Assembly: GCA_002418185.1 (NCBI GenBank)
Contig: DIDN01000034.1
Span: forward strand, 1-63,889
DNA length: 63,889 bases
Reading direction: 5' to 3'
From: Deltaproteobacteria bacterium UBA5799
GTDB taxonomy: Bacteria > Desulfobacterota > GWC2-55-46
This document shows positions 10,118 to 19,484 of the stretch, one piece after another; within the stretch, counting starts at the first letter, position 1; each line of letters starts with the position of its first letter. A program made the translations under genes and the position numbers. The notes under the pieces are model-generated. The model was given only the letters and a program-made list of their open reading frames with translations, had not been told where the DNA came from and ran no database searches.

Positions 10118-10164
10118 AAGGCTTCGCAGGTATTCCGAACAAGGACAACATGGGAGGACACGCC

Positions 10165-10491
10165 ATGAAGCTTTCAGAAGAGAGCTGCCGTCCTGTGGAA
10201 AAGGGGGAGAGGCCCCTTTCAGGGAGCGAAGTGCAGGAGCTTGCGAGGGAGGTGCCGGGCTGGGCGCAGAGGAACTCGGCAATAGAGAGGGAGTTCAGGT
10301 TCAAGGACTTCAGCGAGGCCGTGGAGTTCGTTAACGAGGTCGCGGGGCTCGCGTCCGCCGAGGACCACCACCCGGACATCTCGATAATGTACAACAAGGT
10401 AGGCCTCCGCCTGGAAACGCACAAGATAGGGGGGCTGTCCCGGAATGATTTCATACTGGCCGCCAAGATAGACGAGATGAAAGCGCATTGA
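10165..10491 (+). CDS. Pterin-4-alpha-carbinolamine dehydratase (PCD/PhhB family)
   Basis: EDHHPDI signature and about 110 aa size. ATG 10165 has GGAGG 7 nt upstream. The ORF track start at 10150 is also possible. Confidence 0.85.
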   Translation: MKLSEESCRPVEKGERPLSGSEVQELAREVPGWAQRNSAIEREFRFKDFSEAVEFVNEVAGLASAEDHHPDISIMYNKVGLRLETHKIGGLSRNDFILAAKIDEMKAH

Positions 10492-10569
10492 GCCTGTACG
10501 CGGCCGCGGAGCCGATAGCCCCGCGCCGTATGCGCTGGCTGGTCCTAAACCTGATCGGAGCAAAGCCGG

Positions 10570-11322
10570 ATGGCCTGGAAATTGAAGGGAAGGAACGCGC
10601 TCGTAACCGGCGGGGCGAAGCGCATAGGAAAGGAAGTAGCAACGGCCCTTGCGAAAGAGGGCGCTAACGTATGTATCCATTACAGCAGCTCCGAGGCCGA
10701 GGCAGGAGGGCTCAAGGCCGCCCTTGAGTCCCTGGGCGTAAGGTCCTGGCTCATGCAGGCCGATTTCGATAAAAACGGGTACGAGGGCCTGATTGAAAAG
10801 GCCGCCAAAGAGACGGGCGGCATCGACATCCTCGTCAACAACGCCTCCATCTTCCCGCAGTCGACCCTTCAGGACATGACCCTTGAAGGGCTCTCAGCCA
10901 ACATACGCGTAAACGCCTGGGCCCCCTTTGTCCTCATACGCGACCTCGCGAAAATTTCCGAAAACGCCAGGGTTGTGAACCTCCTGGATTCGAGGCTCTC
11001 TGGCTATGACTGGTCCCACGCGGAGTATATATTGAGCAAGCACCTCTTTTCGGCACTCACGAGGATGGCGGCTGTCGAGTACGCGCCCGGGCTCGTAATA
11101 AACGCGGTTGCCCCGGGCCTTATACTCCCGCCGCCCGGAAAGGACATGGAATATATAGAGAGGCTCAGGAAGACCGTGCCGCTCAAGAAGCGCGGGAGCC
11201 CCGGGGAGATAGCCGAGGCAGTCATTTATCTACTTAAGTCCGAGTTCCTGGCCGGAGAGGTCATATACGTAGACGGAGGGAGGCACCTTATTGAGTACGA
11301 CAGGGGACCGCATCCTGATTGA
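10570..11322 (+). CDS. SDR-family oxidoreductase, pteridine-reductase-like by context
   Basis: TGGAKRIG cofactor motif, NNAS, and catalytic YILSK (YxxxK). It overlaps folB by 32 nt. Confidence 0.8.
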   Translation: MAWKLKGRNALVTGGAKRIGKEVATALAKEGANVCIHYSSSEAEAGGLKAALESLGVRSWLMQADFDKNGYEGLIEKAAKETGGIDILVNNASIFPQSTLQDMTLEGLSANIRVNAWAPFVLIRDLAKISENARVVNLLDSRLSGYDWSHAEYILSKHLFSALTRMAAVEYAPGLVINAVAPGLILPPPGKDMEYIERLRKTVPLKKRGSPGEIAEAVIYLLKSEFLAGEVIYVDGGRHLIEYDRGPHPD

Positions 11323-11653
11323 AGGGCTTTCGGCCCGCTGCATCATCGGAATCAACCACGACGAGCGGAGGGAAAGGCAGGACGTCGTCATAGACATAGA
11401 CCTCCACGCCGACCTGAAGGCCGCAGGGAAGTCGGACGACATACGCGACGCAGTCAATTACAGGGACATCAAGAAGAAGGTGCTCGGGTTCGTCGAGTCG
11501 TCGGGTTTTCACCTGATAGAGGCGCTTGCCGAGGGCATAGCCCGGCTCTGCCTTGAGCACCCCTCGGTCGAAAGGGTAAGGGTGAGGGTCGATAAGCCCT
11601 CGGCCCTGAGGTTCGCAAGGACCGTGGGCGTCGAGATAACAAGGGGGCGTTAG
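11291..11653 (+). CDS. folB: Dihydroneopterin aldolase
   Basis: ILIEGLSARCIIGINHDERRERQDVVIDIDL and VNYRDI are typical FolB blocks. TTG start is preceded by GGAGGGAGG. Confidence 0.85.
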   Translation: MSTTGDRILIEGLSARCIIGINHDERRERQDVVIDIDLHADLKAAGKSDDIRDAVNYRDIKKKVLGFVESSGFHLIEALAEGIARLCLEHPSVERVRVRVDKPSALRFARTVGVEITRGR

Positions 11654-12159
11654 TGCCCGCGGCCTTTGTCGGCATGGGCACGAACCAGGAGCCTGAGGAA
11701 AACCTGGAAAAGGCCTTGCGGCTCCTTTCCAAAGAGGGGCTCTTTGCCCTCTCAACCATCTACCGGACAGAGCCGCTTGGGAGGCATGAGCAGCCGATGT
11801 TCCTCAACTGCGTGGCCGGGCTGAGGACTGAAAGGCCTCCCCTCGGGCTCAAGGCCGCGCTTAAGAACATCGAAGCCGCGCTCGGACGTGTGCGTACGGA
11901 CGACAGATACGCCCCGAGGCCCATCGACCTCGACCTCCTTTCCTATGGCGATGCAAGGCTCGAAAGAGAGGGGCTCGTGCTCCCGGATCCGGAAATAGAG
12001 ACCCGCCCGTTCATCGCGATCCCACTATATGAGCTTGCCCCCCAGGCCCTTACACCCTCAGGCAGGCCGCTTGAGGAGGTCGTAAAAGGCCTCCCGGCTG
12101 TCCATATGGAGCCGCTCCCCGCGCTTACGGGAAGGCTGAGGAAAATGTTTTTCAACTAA
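11653..12159 (+). CDS. folK: 6-hydroxymethyl-7,8-dihydropterin pyrophosphokinase
   Basis: AFVGMGTN..., YRTEPLG, QPMFLNCV and RPIDLDLL blocks. The GTG start overlaps the folB stop (TAGTG). Confidence 0.85.
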   Translation: MPAAFVGMGTNQEPEENLEKALRLLSKEGLFALSTIYRTEPLGRHEQPMFLNCVAGLRTERPPLGLKAALKNIEAALGRVRTDDRYAPRPIDLDLLSYGDARLEREGLVLPDPEIETRPFIAIPLYELAPQALTPSGRPLEEVVKGLPAVHMEPLPALTGRLRKMFFN

Positions 12160-12244
12160 AAGTAATGAGGGCGGTGTTGGTATGCATTTCACGAAGGAAA
12201 ATCGGACAGTTTTTCCTCTTTTTCAATCTGTTATTTAACCACCC

Positions 12245-12904
12245 ATGCGACTCGAAGACATCCCCAGAGTCATAAAGATACTGAGGGCCGAATATAAGCG
12301 CTTCCGCACCCCCTATGTCACAGAGGTCTCGGAGAGGATACGGAGAGACCCCTTCAGGGTGCTCGTATCCTGCCTGATAAGCCTCCGCACGAAAGACGAT
12401 GTCACGAGGGCGGCGTCCGAAAGGCTTTTTAAGCTCGGAGGCTCCCCGAAGGCCGTCGCCTCGCTCCCGCTCTCCCGGATAGAAAAGGCCATATACCCCG
12501 CAGGGTTTTACAGGACAAAGGCCGGGGTCATACGGGATATCTCAAGGGAGCTCGTTGAAAACTGTTCCTCGAAAGTCCCGGACGAGATAGACGAGCTTCT
12601 GAAGCTCAAGGGCGTGGGCCGGAAGACAGCGAACCTTGTCGTTACGCTGGGCTTCGGAAGACCCGGCATCTGCGTGGACACACATGTTCACAGGATTACA
12701 AACCGTTGGGGCCTTGTTAGAACGAAAACCCCTGACGAGACCGAGCGGGCTCTCCGCGAGAAGCTCCCGAAAAGGCATTGGATCGAGATAAACGACCTCC
12801 TCGTGGCCTACGGGCAGAACCTCTGCAGGCCGGCTTCCCCGTTTTGCAGCGCCTGCCGCATCGCCCCCTATTGCGCCAGGGCCGGGGTGGCAAAGAGCCG
12901 GTGA
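12245..12904 (+). CDS. nth: Endonuclease III-family DNA glycosylase
   Basis: HhH-GPD motif LLKLKGVGRKTANLV. C-terminal 4Fe-4S loop is C-x6-C-x2-C-x5-C (CRPASPFCSACRIAPYC). Confidence 0.85.
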   Translation: MRLEDIPRVIKILRAEYKRFRTPYVTEVSERIRRDPFRVLVSCLISLRTKDDVTRAASERLFKLGGSPKAVASLPLSRIEKAIYPAGFYRTKAGVIRDISRELVENCSSKVPDEIDELLKLKGVGRKTANLVVTLGFGRPGICVDTHVHRITNRWGLVRTKTPDETERALREKLPKRHWIEINDLLVAYGQNLCRPASPFCSACRIAPYCARAGVAKSR

Positions 12905-12944
12905 GAAATCAACAAAAGCGGCCTTTATGAGACCGCGCCTGGTA

Positions 12945-13034
12945 GTCATTGCGAGGAGCATTGGCTCCGAAGCGATCTCAAAGAGAATCTTCCGCCAGCA
13001 AATGCCGCCATTCCTTCTCTACGCTCGCAATGGC
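12945..13034. repeat. GTCATTGCGAG...CTCGCAATGGC hairpin element (about 90 bp)
   Basis: Inverted termini gtcattgcgag / ctcgcaatggc with an internal cgaagcgatctc / gagaatcttccg pairing. Intergenic after nth. Same architecture as 59866-59951. Confidence 0.6.
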
Positions 13035-13280
13035 GCGCTAAAGGCGTTTTTTCTCGCTGAAAGCCGGCCTTGAAGGCCCCTCGGCCCAAATCCGTTTAAA
13101 AAACTTGTAAAAAGTCCCGGTTAAGTGTTATATTTTGAGACCCCGGCCCTCCTGCCAGGAGCTTTTTCGGGTATAATTAACCTTTGTCCGGCAGGACAGC
13201 CTATCCGGTTGGCAGCTCCGCGCGGGCGGTCGACCGGATAGTCGGAATCGATGCCTCTCCTTAATCAAGGAGGAAAGCTC

Positions 13281-14066
13281 ATGGAGCGAAAGGGCGGGTC
13301 GGGTGCCGGTCATCGAAAAGAGCTCAACTATCCGGGGCTTTGGCAAGCAGCTGGTCCGCCCCCGGCAGGCAGGCTGCCTGCCGGGGATAAAGGGGGAGGG
13401 AAGCTTCGCGGGCCTGCATTCAAACAGGCGAGGGCCTTTCTCCTGGCGCTCCTTGTATTTGTTTTGACAGCCTGCGCCGCCGACCCGCTCACGCAGATGA
13501 ACTTCAGGGCAAGGGAGCCCTTCCGTTCCGTTGATTCGATCTTCGGGGACGGGGTCTCCGTGGCCCTGCTTGCGGCGTCGAATGCCGACAAGGGTTTCGA
13601 GTACAGGGAGCTCCTCGGCGATTACACGGAGGAGGCGCTCCGGAGCAGGCGGCCCGAGGTAAGCATAGTCCCCTACTGGGACGCCTTGAGCATCATAAAC
13701 GGCGGCGGGCTTTCAGCCGACTTCGCCAGGATGCTCAGGGAGTATTACGCAACAGGGATACTCGAGAGCACGCGCCTTCAGAAGATCGGGCGGCTTTTGG
13801 GCGTACGCTACATTATTTACCCGAAGCTCATCGAGTTCAAGCAGGGGCAGTCGAACAGGTTGAGCGTCTTCGGGCTGAGCCTCTTCAAGACGCACGAATC
13901 CCAGATAAAGCTCTATATGGAGGTCTGGAACACCGAGACCGGCCGTATAGCCTGGGTGGGCTCCGCAGAGGCGAACATGGCGAGCGAGAAGCTCATGGCC
14001 AAGCCCATACCATTCGAGGAAATAACCAAATACGCGATAGAGACGCTCGTACAGAGGATACCCTAA
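13281..14066 (+). CDS. Hypothetical lipoprotein
   Basis: AAGGAGG RBS 8 nt upstream of ATG 13281. Lipobox is LVFVLTAC after an unusually long basic N-region. No enzymatic motif recognised. Confidence 0.65.
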   Translation: MERKGGSGAGHRKELNYPGLWQAAGPPPAGRLPAGDKGGGKLRGPAFKQARAFLLALLVFVLTACAADPLTQMNFRAREPFRSVDSIFGDGVSVALLAASNADKGFEYRELLGDYTEEALRSRRPEVSIVPYWDALSIINGGGLSADFARMLREYYATGILESTRLQKIGRLLGVRYIIYPKLIEFKQGQSNRLSVFGLSLFKTHESQIKLYMEVWNTETGRIAWVGSAEANMASEKLMAKPIPFEEITKYAIETLVQRIP

Positions 14067-14084
14067 GGAGGACGCAGACTGGAG

Positions 14085-14504
14085 ATGGTTGAAAAGACGC
14101 TCTCGATAATCAAGCCGGACGGCGTGAGGAAAAAGGTAATAGGGGAGGTAATAAGGAGGTTCGAGGCCGCGGGCCTGAGGGTCGCCGCGATGAAGATGGC
14201 GAGCCTTTCCAGGAAGGAGGCCGAGGGGTTCTACGCCGTCCACAGGGAAAGGCCCTTTTTCGGGAGCCTCACCGAATTCATGTCCTCGGGGCCGGTGGTC
14301 CTCATGGTCCTCAAGGGTGAGAACGCCATAGCCAGGAACCGGGAGCTCATGGGCGCTACCGACCCGGCAAAGGCCGCCCCAGGGACGATAAGGAAGGACT
14401 TCGCGGACTCGATAGAGTCGAACATCGTGCACGGCTCGGACGGCCCCGACACGGCCGCCTTCGAGATAGGATATTTCTTCAGCGCAATGGATATTTTCGA
14501 GTAG
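14085..14504 (+). CDS. ndk: Nucleoside-diphosphate kinase
   Basis: [10 protein letters not shown] start and the NIVHGSD active-site His motif. Length is 139 aa. Confidence 0.95.
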   Translation: MVEKTLSIIKPDGVRKKVIGEVIRRFEAAGLRVAAMKMASLSRKEAEGFYAVHRERPFFGSLTEFMSSGPVVLMVLKGENAIARNRELMGATDPAKAAPGTIRKDFADSIESNIVHGSDGPDTAAFEIGYFFSAMDIFE

Positions 14505-14517
14505 GGACGCAGGCCGC

Positions 14518-15402
14518 ATGGAGTCGATTGAAAAGATAAAAGAGCACTACCGCTTCACCGACGAGGACGTCTCTCTACTCATGAGGCTCAGGCCCGTCAT
14601 GGAGCGGTACAGGGAGGAGTTCGTCGAGGAGTTCTACAACTTCGTCAAGGACTTCGAGGAGACCAAGCGGTTCCTCAAGGACGAGGCCACGATAAAGCGC
14701 CACCAGGACGCCTTGAAGCTCTGGTTCATGAAGCTCTTTTCCGGCACCTACGGGAGCCATTACCTCTCGGAGCTCCGGAAGGTGGGAGAGGTCCACGTAA
14801 AAGTGGGCCTCCATACCCATTACGTCAACGCCGCCTTCCATTTCGTGAAGATATACATCCACGGCATCCTCCACAGGGAAATCCCGGACATAAAAGAGCG
14901 CGCCCGGATGCTCGAATCGGTCGAGAAGATACTGGACATGAACCTCGACGTCTTCACGAACTCCTACGTGGAGGAGGAGAAGAAGTTTTTCTTCTCTCTG
15001 AAGGTCGAGTCTTACCTCGTCCAGATGGCAAACCGCTTCTCCCACGGCCTTAACCTCATCCTGGTAATCGGCCTCGTGCTACTGGGGTTCATGGTCATGG
15101 GCCTTTTCGCCTACGACATACTCCACATACTCGACGGCGATATCGAAAAGGGGCTTCTTAGCACGCTCGGAAGCCTTCTCATGCTCTGGGTGGTCATAGA
15201 GCTCATGGACACCGAGATAAAGCACCTCAGGGGGGGCAAGTTCGCGATAAAGGTCTTCATAAGCGTCGCCCTGGTGGCCGTCATAAGGAAGATACTCGTT
15301 ACGAGCCTCTCCAGCGAGGAGGTCGGCGCGCAGCTCTCGCTCGTCGCGGCGGTCGCGGTCCTCGGCGCAATCTATTGGCTTATCGCAAAGGTCGAGCGCT
15401 GA
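14518..15402 (+). CDS. Protoglobin-like sensor domain fused to a PsiE-like membrane domain
   Basis: The N-terminal roughly 150 aa (HYRFTDEDVSLLMRL...HVKVGLHTHYVNAAFHF) resemble protoglobin/globin-coupled-sensor globins. The C-terminal roughly 130 aa hold hydrophobic helices with LMLWVVIELMDTEIKH...VALVAVIRKILV, as in PsiE. Confidence 0.7.
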   Translation: MESIEKIKEHYRFTDEDVSLLMRLRPVMERYREEFVEEFYNFVKDFEETKRFLKDEATIKRHQDALKLWFMKLFSGTYGSHYLSELRKVGEVHVKVGLHTHYVNAAFHFVKIYIHGILHREIPDIKERARMLESVEKILDMNLDVFTNSYVEEEKKFFFSLKVESYLVQMANRFSHGLNLILVIGLVLLGFMVMGLFAYDILHILDGDIEKGLLSTLGSLLMLWVVIELMDTEIKHLRGGKFAIKVFISVALVAVIRKILVTSLSSEEVGAQLSLVAAVAVLGAIYWLIAKVER

Positions 15403-15460
15403 GGGAGCGCTCCGGGCCGTCAGCCCCCCGCCCTTTCCTTACGCTTTCATTTCAAAAGAC

Positions 15461-16486
15461 ATGAAGAACCTTAGGGATTTCACGTTAGAGGAGCTCGCCT
15501 CCGAGGTCGCCTCCATGGGCGAGCGCCCTTACAGGGCCGAGCAGATATTCAGGTGGGTCTTCATGAGGCGCGCCTCCGGCATCTCAGCCATGACCGACGT
15601 CTCGAAGGCGTTCAGAGAAAGGCTCGCCGAAGGCTACGAGATACGCGGCAATAAGCTCCTCGACGAAAGGCGCTCGCCCGACGGCACCCGTAAGTTCCTC
15701 TCAGAGATCGAGGACTCCTCCCGCATCGAGTCGGTCCTCATATCCGAGTCCGGCAGGCTCACGCTCTGCGTTTCCTCGCAGGCCGGGTGCGCCCTCGGGT
15801 GCAGGTTCTGCATGACGGGCATGGGCGGCTTCGTCAGGAACCTTTCCCTTGCCGAGCTTTCGGGGCAGGTCTTTACCGCCTACGAGGTACTCGACGAGGG
15901 CGAGGATATATCGAACGTCGTCCTCATGGGCATGGGCGAGCCCTTCGCAAATTACGGGAACGTAGTAAGGTTCACGAAGGTGCTCACGAGCAACCTGGGC
16001 GTCAACTTCTCCCACAACAAGGTCACTGTCTCGACCGCGGGCCTGGTGCCGGCGATAAAGCGGTTCGGAGAGGATTCGAACGTAAACCTCGCCGTCTCCC
16101 TTAACGCGACGACTGACGAGACGAGGGACAGGCTCATGCCGGTAAACAGGAAGTACCCGCTCTCCGAGCTCCTCACCGCCTTGAGGTCCTATCCGCTCAG
16201 GCAGCGGAGGTACATAACCATAGAGTACGTGCTCCTTTCCGGCGTGAACGACTCTGACGACGACGCGAGGAGGCTCGTAAGGCTCCTTCGCGGCATTCGC
16301 TGCAAGGTGAACCTCATCCCATTCAACCCGTTCCCGGGAGCGACTTTCGAGAGGCCTCCGGCTGGACGCGTCGACTCTTTCCATTCGATTGTCAAGAAGG
16401 CGGGCTATACGGTGATCGTCCGCGCGAGCAAGGGCTCCGAGATACAGGCGGCCTGCGGCCAGCTCCGGGGCGCGTACCCCGGCTGA
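15461..16486 (+). CDS. rlmN: 23S rRNA/tRNA A2503/A37 C2-methyltransferase (radical SAM)
   Basis: YRAEQIFRWVF N-terminus, radical SAM CALGCRFC, MGMGEP, and C-terminal GSEIQAACGQL. Confidence 0.95.
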   Translation: MKNLRDFTLEELASEVASMGERPYRAEQIFRWVFMRRASGISAMTDVSKAFRERLAEGYEIRGNKLLDERRSPDGTRKFLSEIEDSSRIESVLISESGRLTLCVSSQAGCALGCRFCMTGMGGFVRNLSLAELSGQVFTAYEVLDEGEDISNVVLMGMGEPFANYGNVVRFTKVLTSNLGVNFSHNKVTVSTAGLVPAIKRFGEDSNVNLAVSLNATTDETRDRLMPVNRKYPLSELLTALRSYPLRQRRYITIEYVLLSGVNDSDDDARRLVRLLRGIRCKVNLIPFNPFPGATFERPPAGRVDSFHSIVKKAGYTVIVRASKGSEIQAACGQLRGAYPG

Positions 16487-16576
16487 GGACCTGCCATGAA
16501 TGGCCTTGCCAAAGGACCCCCGCAGATGTTACAAGTTTAGGGTTAGGCGTATCTTTTTCAAAAGGAGAACGAGGCC

Positions 16577-17485
16577 ATGAAGGTGGTTGGGGTCATAGGC
16601 GGAAGCGGCCTTTACGAGATGGAAGGGCTTGCGGACGTAAGGTCCGTCGCCGTTTCAACGCCGTTCGGCGAGCCTTCCGACGAGTACATAACCGGGATGC
16701 TCGGCGACGTTAAGATGATATTCCTCCCCAGGCACGGCAGGGGGCACAGGCTCCTCCCGTCAGAGGTCAACTACAGGGCCAACATCTACGGCATGAAAAA
16801 GCTCGGGGCCGAATGGGTGATATCGGTCTCCGCGGTGGGCAGCATGAAGGAGGAGATTAAGCCCGGCCACATAGTGATGGTGGACCAGTTCTTCGACAGG
16901 ACCAGGGGCAGGGCATCGAGCTTCTACGGGAACGGCGTAGTCGGCCACGTCGAGTTCGCGGACCCGGTCTGCGCGGACCTGGTCGGCGTCCTCCACAGGT
17001 CCGCGATCGAGTCCGGCGCTACCGTCCACAAGGGAGGCACCTACATCTGCATAGAAGGGCCGCAGTTCTCGACCAGGGCCGAGTCGATGATATACAGGAG
17101 CTGGGGCGTGGACGTAATCGGCATGACCAACCTGCCCGAGGCCAGGCTCGCCCGCGAGGCCGAGCTCTGCTATTCCACCGTCGCCCTCTCGACCGACTAC
17201 GACTGCTGGCACACGACCGAGGAATCGGTCACGGTCGAGGCCATAATAGCGACCCTGAAGGCTAACGTGGCCATGGCAAAGGAGATAATAAGGAAGGCGG
17301 TCCCGGCTATCGCGGCGGAACGCGGCTGCAAGTGCGCGAGCGCCCTCAAGTACGCCACCATAACCGACCCCAAGGCCATACCGGACAAGGCGAGGGAGGA
17401 GCTGGACCTCCTCATAGGCAAGTACCTCTCGCCCGGGACCGTGGCGGACCCTCCGCGCGAAATTAGCCGCGGCCTCGTGAAATGA
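16577..17485 (+). CDS. mtnP: S-methyl-5'-thioadenosine phosphorylase
   Basis: VGVIGGSGLY, FLPRHGRGH, YRANI and GMTNLPEARLAREAE blocks are typical of MTAP. Confidence 0.9.
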   Translation: MKVVGVIGGSGLYEMEGLADVRSVAVSTPFGEPSDEYITGMLGDVKMIFLPRHGRGHRLLPSEVNYRANIYGMKKLGAEWVISVSAVGSMKEEIKPGHIVMVDQFFDRTRGRASSFYGNGVVGHVEFADPVCADLVGVLHRSAIESGATVHKGGTYICIEGPQFSTRAESMIYRSWGVDVIGMTNLPEARLAREAELCYSTVALSTDYDCWHTTEESVTVEAIIATLKANVAMAKEIIRKAVPAIAAERGCKCASALKYATITDPKAIPDKAREELDLLIGKYLSPGTVADPPREISRGLVK

Positions 17486-17546
17486 CGCGGGCCTTTTCCC
17501 CGTCCTCGGGAAAAAGGCGGTCAATCCCCCATAAGGAGCTTTTTGG

Positions 17547-18458
17547 ATGTCCAGGATACTAGTTGTCGGCTCTGTAGCGTTCGATTCGGTAGAGACCCCG
17601 TTCGGCAAGGCGGAAGAGGTGCTCGGCGGCTCTGCGACCTACTTTTCGACTTCGGCCAGTTTTTTCGCCGGGGTGAACCTGGTAGCCGTGGTGGGCGAGG
17701 ACTTCCCTGAAGCGCACATCAAAAGCCTCTCCACAAAGGGCATCGACCTCGCGGGCCTCAGGAAGGTCCCTGGAAAGACATTCAGGTGGAAAGGCTATTA
17801 CGGATACGACCTCAACCAGGCGCATACGCTTGAAACGCACCTGAACGTATTCAGCTCCTTCAACCCCGAGATACCGTCCGAGTACACGGACGCCCCCTTC
17901 GTATTCCTCGCCAACATAGACCCGGAGCTCCAGATGAAGGTGCTGGAACAGGTGAAGAGCCCCAGGCTCGTCGCCTGCGACACCATGAACTTCTGGATAG
18001 AGGGAAAGCCCGAGGCCTTGAAGGAGCTCTTGAAGAAGGTCGACCTCTTCGTCATAAACGAGGGCGAGGCAAGGGAGCTCTCCGGAGAAGCGAGCCTTGT
18101 GAAGGCGGCCAGGGTCATCCTGGGCTACGGGCCAAAGACGCTCATCGTAAAGCGCGGCGAGTACGGAGCGCTCATGTTCAACGGCGGCTCGGTCTTCTCG
18201 GCCCCGGCCTATCCGCTCGAGGACATCTTCGACCCCACGGGCGCAGGCGACACCTTTGCCGGCGGGCTCATGGGCTATCTCGCCAGCAGCAACGACATCA
18301 GCGAGAAGAACATAAGGAGGGCCATCATCTTCGGCTCTGTCATGGCCTCGTTCAACGTCGAGGCCTTCAGCCTGGAGAGGCTCGACAGGCTCACCCTCCA
18401 GGAGATAAACGAGAGGTTCGCGCAATTTAAGGTGTTGACCCACTTTGAAAGCATATGA
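17547..18458 (+). CDS. PfkB-family carbohydrate/nucleoside kinase
   Basis: PfkB signature DPTGAGDTFAGG and about 300 aa ribokinase-like length. Confidence 0.85.
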   Translation: MSRILVVGSVAFDSVETPFGKAEEVLGGSATYFSTSASFFAGVNLVAVVGEDFPEAHIKSLSTKGIDLAGLRKVPGKTFRWKGYYGYDLNQAHTLETHLNVFSSFNPEIPSEYTDAPFVFLANIDPELQMKVLEQVKSPRLVACDTMNFWIEGKPEALKELLKKVDLFVINEGEARELSGEASLVKAARVILGYGPKTLIVKRGEYGALMFNGGSVFSAPAYPLEDIFDPTGAGDTFAGGLMGYLASSNDISEKNIRRAIIFGSVMASFNVEAFSLERLDRLTLQEINERFAQFKVLTHFESI

Positions 18459-18504
18459 TATGATTTTCAAGTACTTACGTATTCAAGGCAGACGCGATGA
18501 ACGG

Positions 18505-19260
18505 ATGAACGGAAGGCTTTCAAGGATAATTCTCCTGGTCCTCCTCTCGGCGGGCCTTTCCGCGTGCGGGCCCTCGCTCGCCGAAAAGGTTGAACAGGCG
18601 GACATCCATTACAGGCTCGGCGAGGTCCATCTCATGGACAGGAACATCGCCGACGCCCTTAAGGAGCTTACCAAGGCTGTCGAGCTCCAGCCCGACAACG
18701 CCAATTACCGGAACGCGCTCGGATACGCCTATTTCGTAAGGGGCATGGGCCCCGAGGCTCACAAGGCCTTTGACAGGGCCATCTCGCTCGACCCCGGCCT
18801 TTCCGACGCCCATCTGAACAAGTCGGCCCTCTACCTCGAGGAAGGCGAATGGGACAGGGCCATATCGGCTGCAAGCAAGGCCGCCGGGAACATCTTCTAC
18901 AAGACCCCGGAGCTCGCCTATAACAACATGGGCTGGGCCTATTACAACAAGAAGGACTACAGGAGCGCTGTCGAGCATTATGCCAAGGCGGTCCAGGCAA
19001 ACCCCGGCTTCGCGCTCGCCTACTACAACATGGGCCTTGCCTGCGATAAGGCCGAGAGGGTCAAGGACGCGGTCGAGGCGTACAGGACGGCGGTGGGCAT
19101 AGCGCCGAATTTCCTGGAAGCCTATTTCAACCTCGGGATGGCGCTTGCGAAATACAAGGACAAGGCCGGGGCCATAAGGGCGTTCGAAAAGGTCATGGAG
19201 CTTGCGCCCGAGAGCGACCTGGCCCAGTCGGCTAAAGAGTACATCGGCCTCATCAAGTAG
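18505..19260 (+). CDS. TPR-repeat lipoprotein (PilF/PilW-like)
   Basis: Signal peptide with lipobox LSAGLSAC, followed by several TPR units (AYYNMGLA, AYFNLGMA). Start taken at ATG 18505. Confidence 0.8.
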   Translation: MNGRLSRIILLVLLSAGLSACGPSLAEKVEQADIHYRLGEVHLMDRNIADALKELTKAVELQPDNANYRNALGYAYFVRGMGPEAHKAFDRAISLDPGLSDAHLNKSALYLEEGEWDRAISAASKAAGNIFYKTPELAYNNMGWAYYNKKDYRSAVEHYAKAVQANPGFALAYYNMGLACDKAERVKDAVEAYRTAVGIAPNFLEAYFNLGMALAKYKDKAGAIRAFEKVMELAPESDLAQSAKEYIGLIK

Positions 19261-19484
19261 GGTGATGCGGGGATTTTGTTTGGTTTCATCCGAAGCCATT
19301 AGGCCGCCTGGCCCAATGGCTCGAATTTTTAACAGGGCCGATTGAAACCTGGCAGCAGGAGACTTTAGGGCCGCATGCGCGCAAGGCGGCTGGCGGGTCC
19401 ATGCGGGAGCCCCGACCTTTTATTCCTGGCCGGGGCGCGGCTGAAAGGGCCGGAGAGGACTTTTTCGCATCCTCAGGGGGTCAG

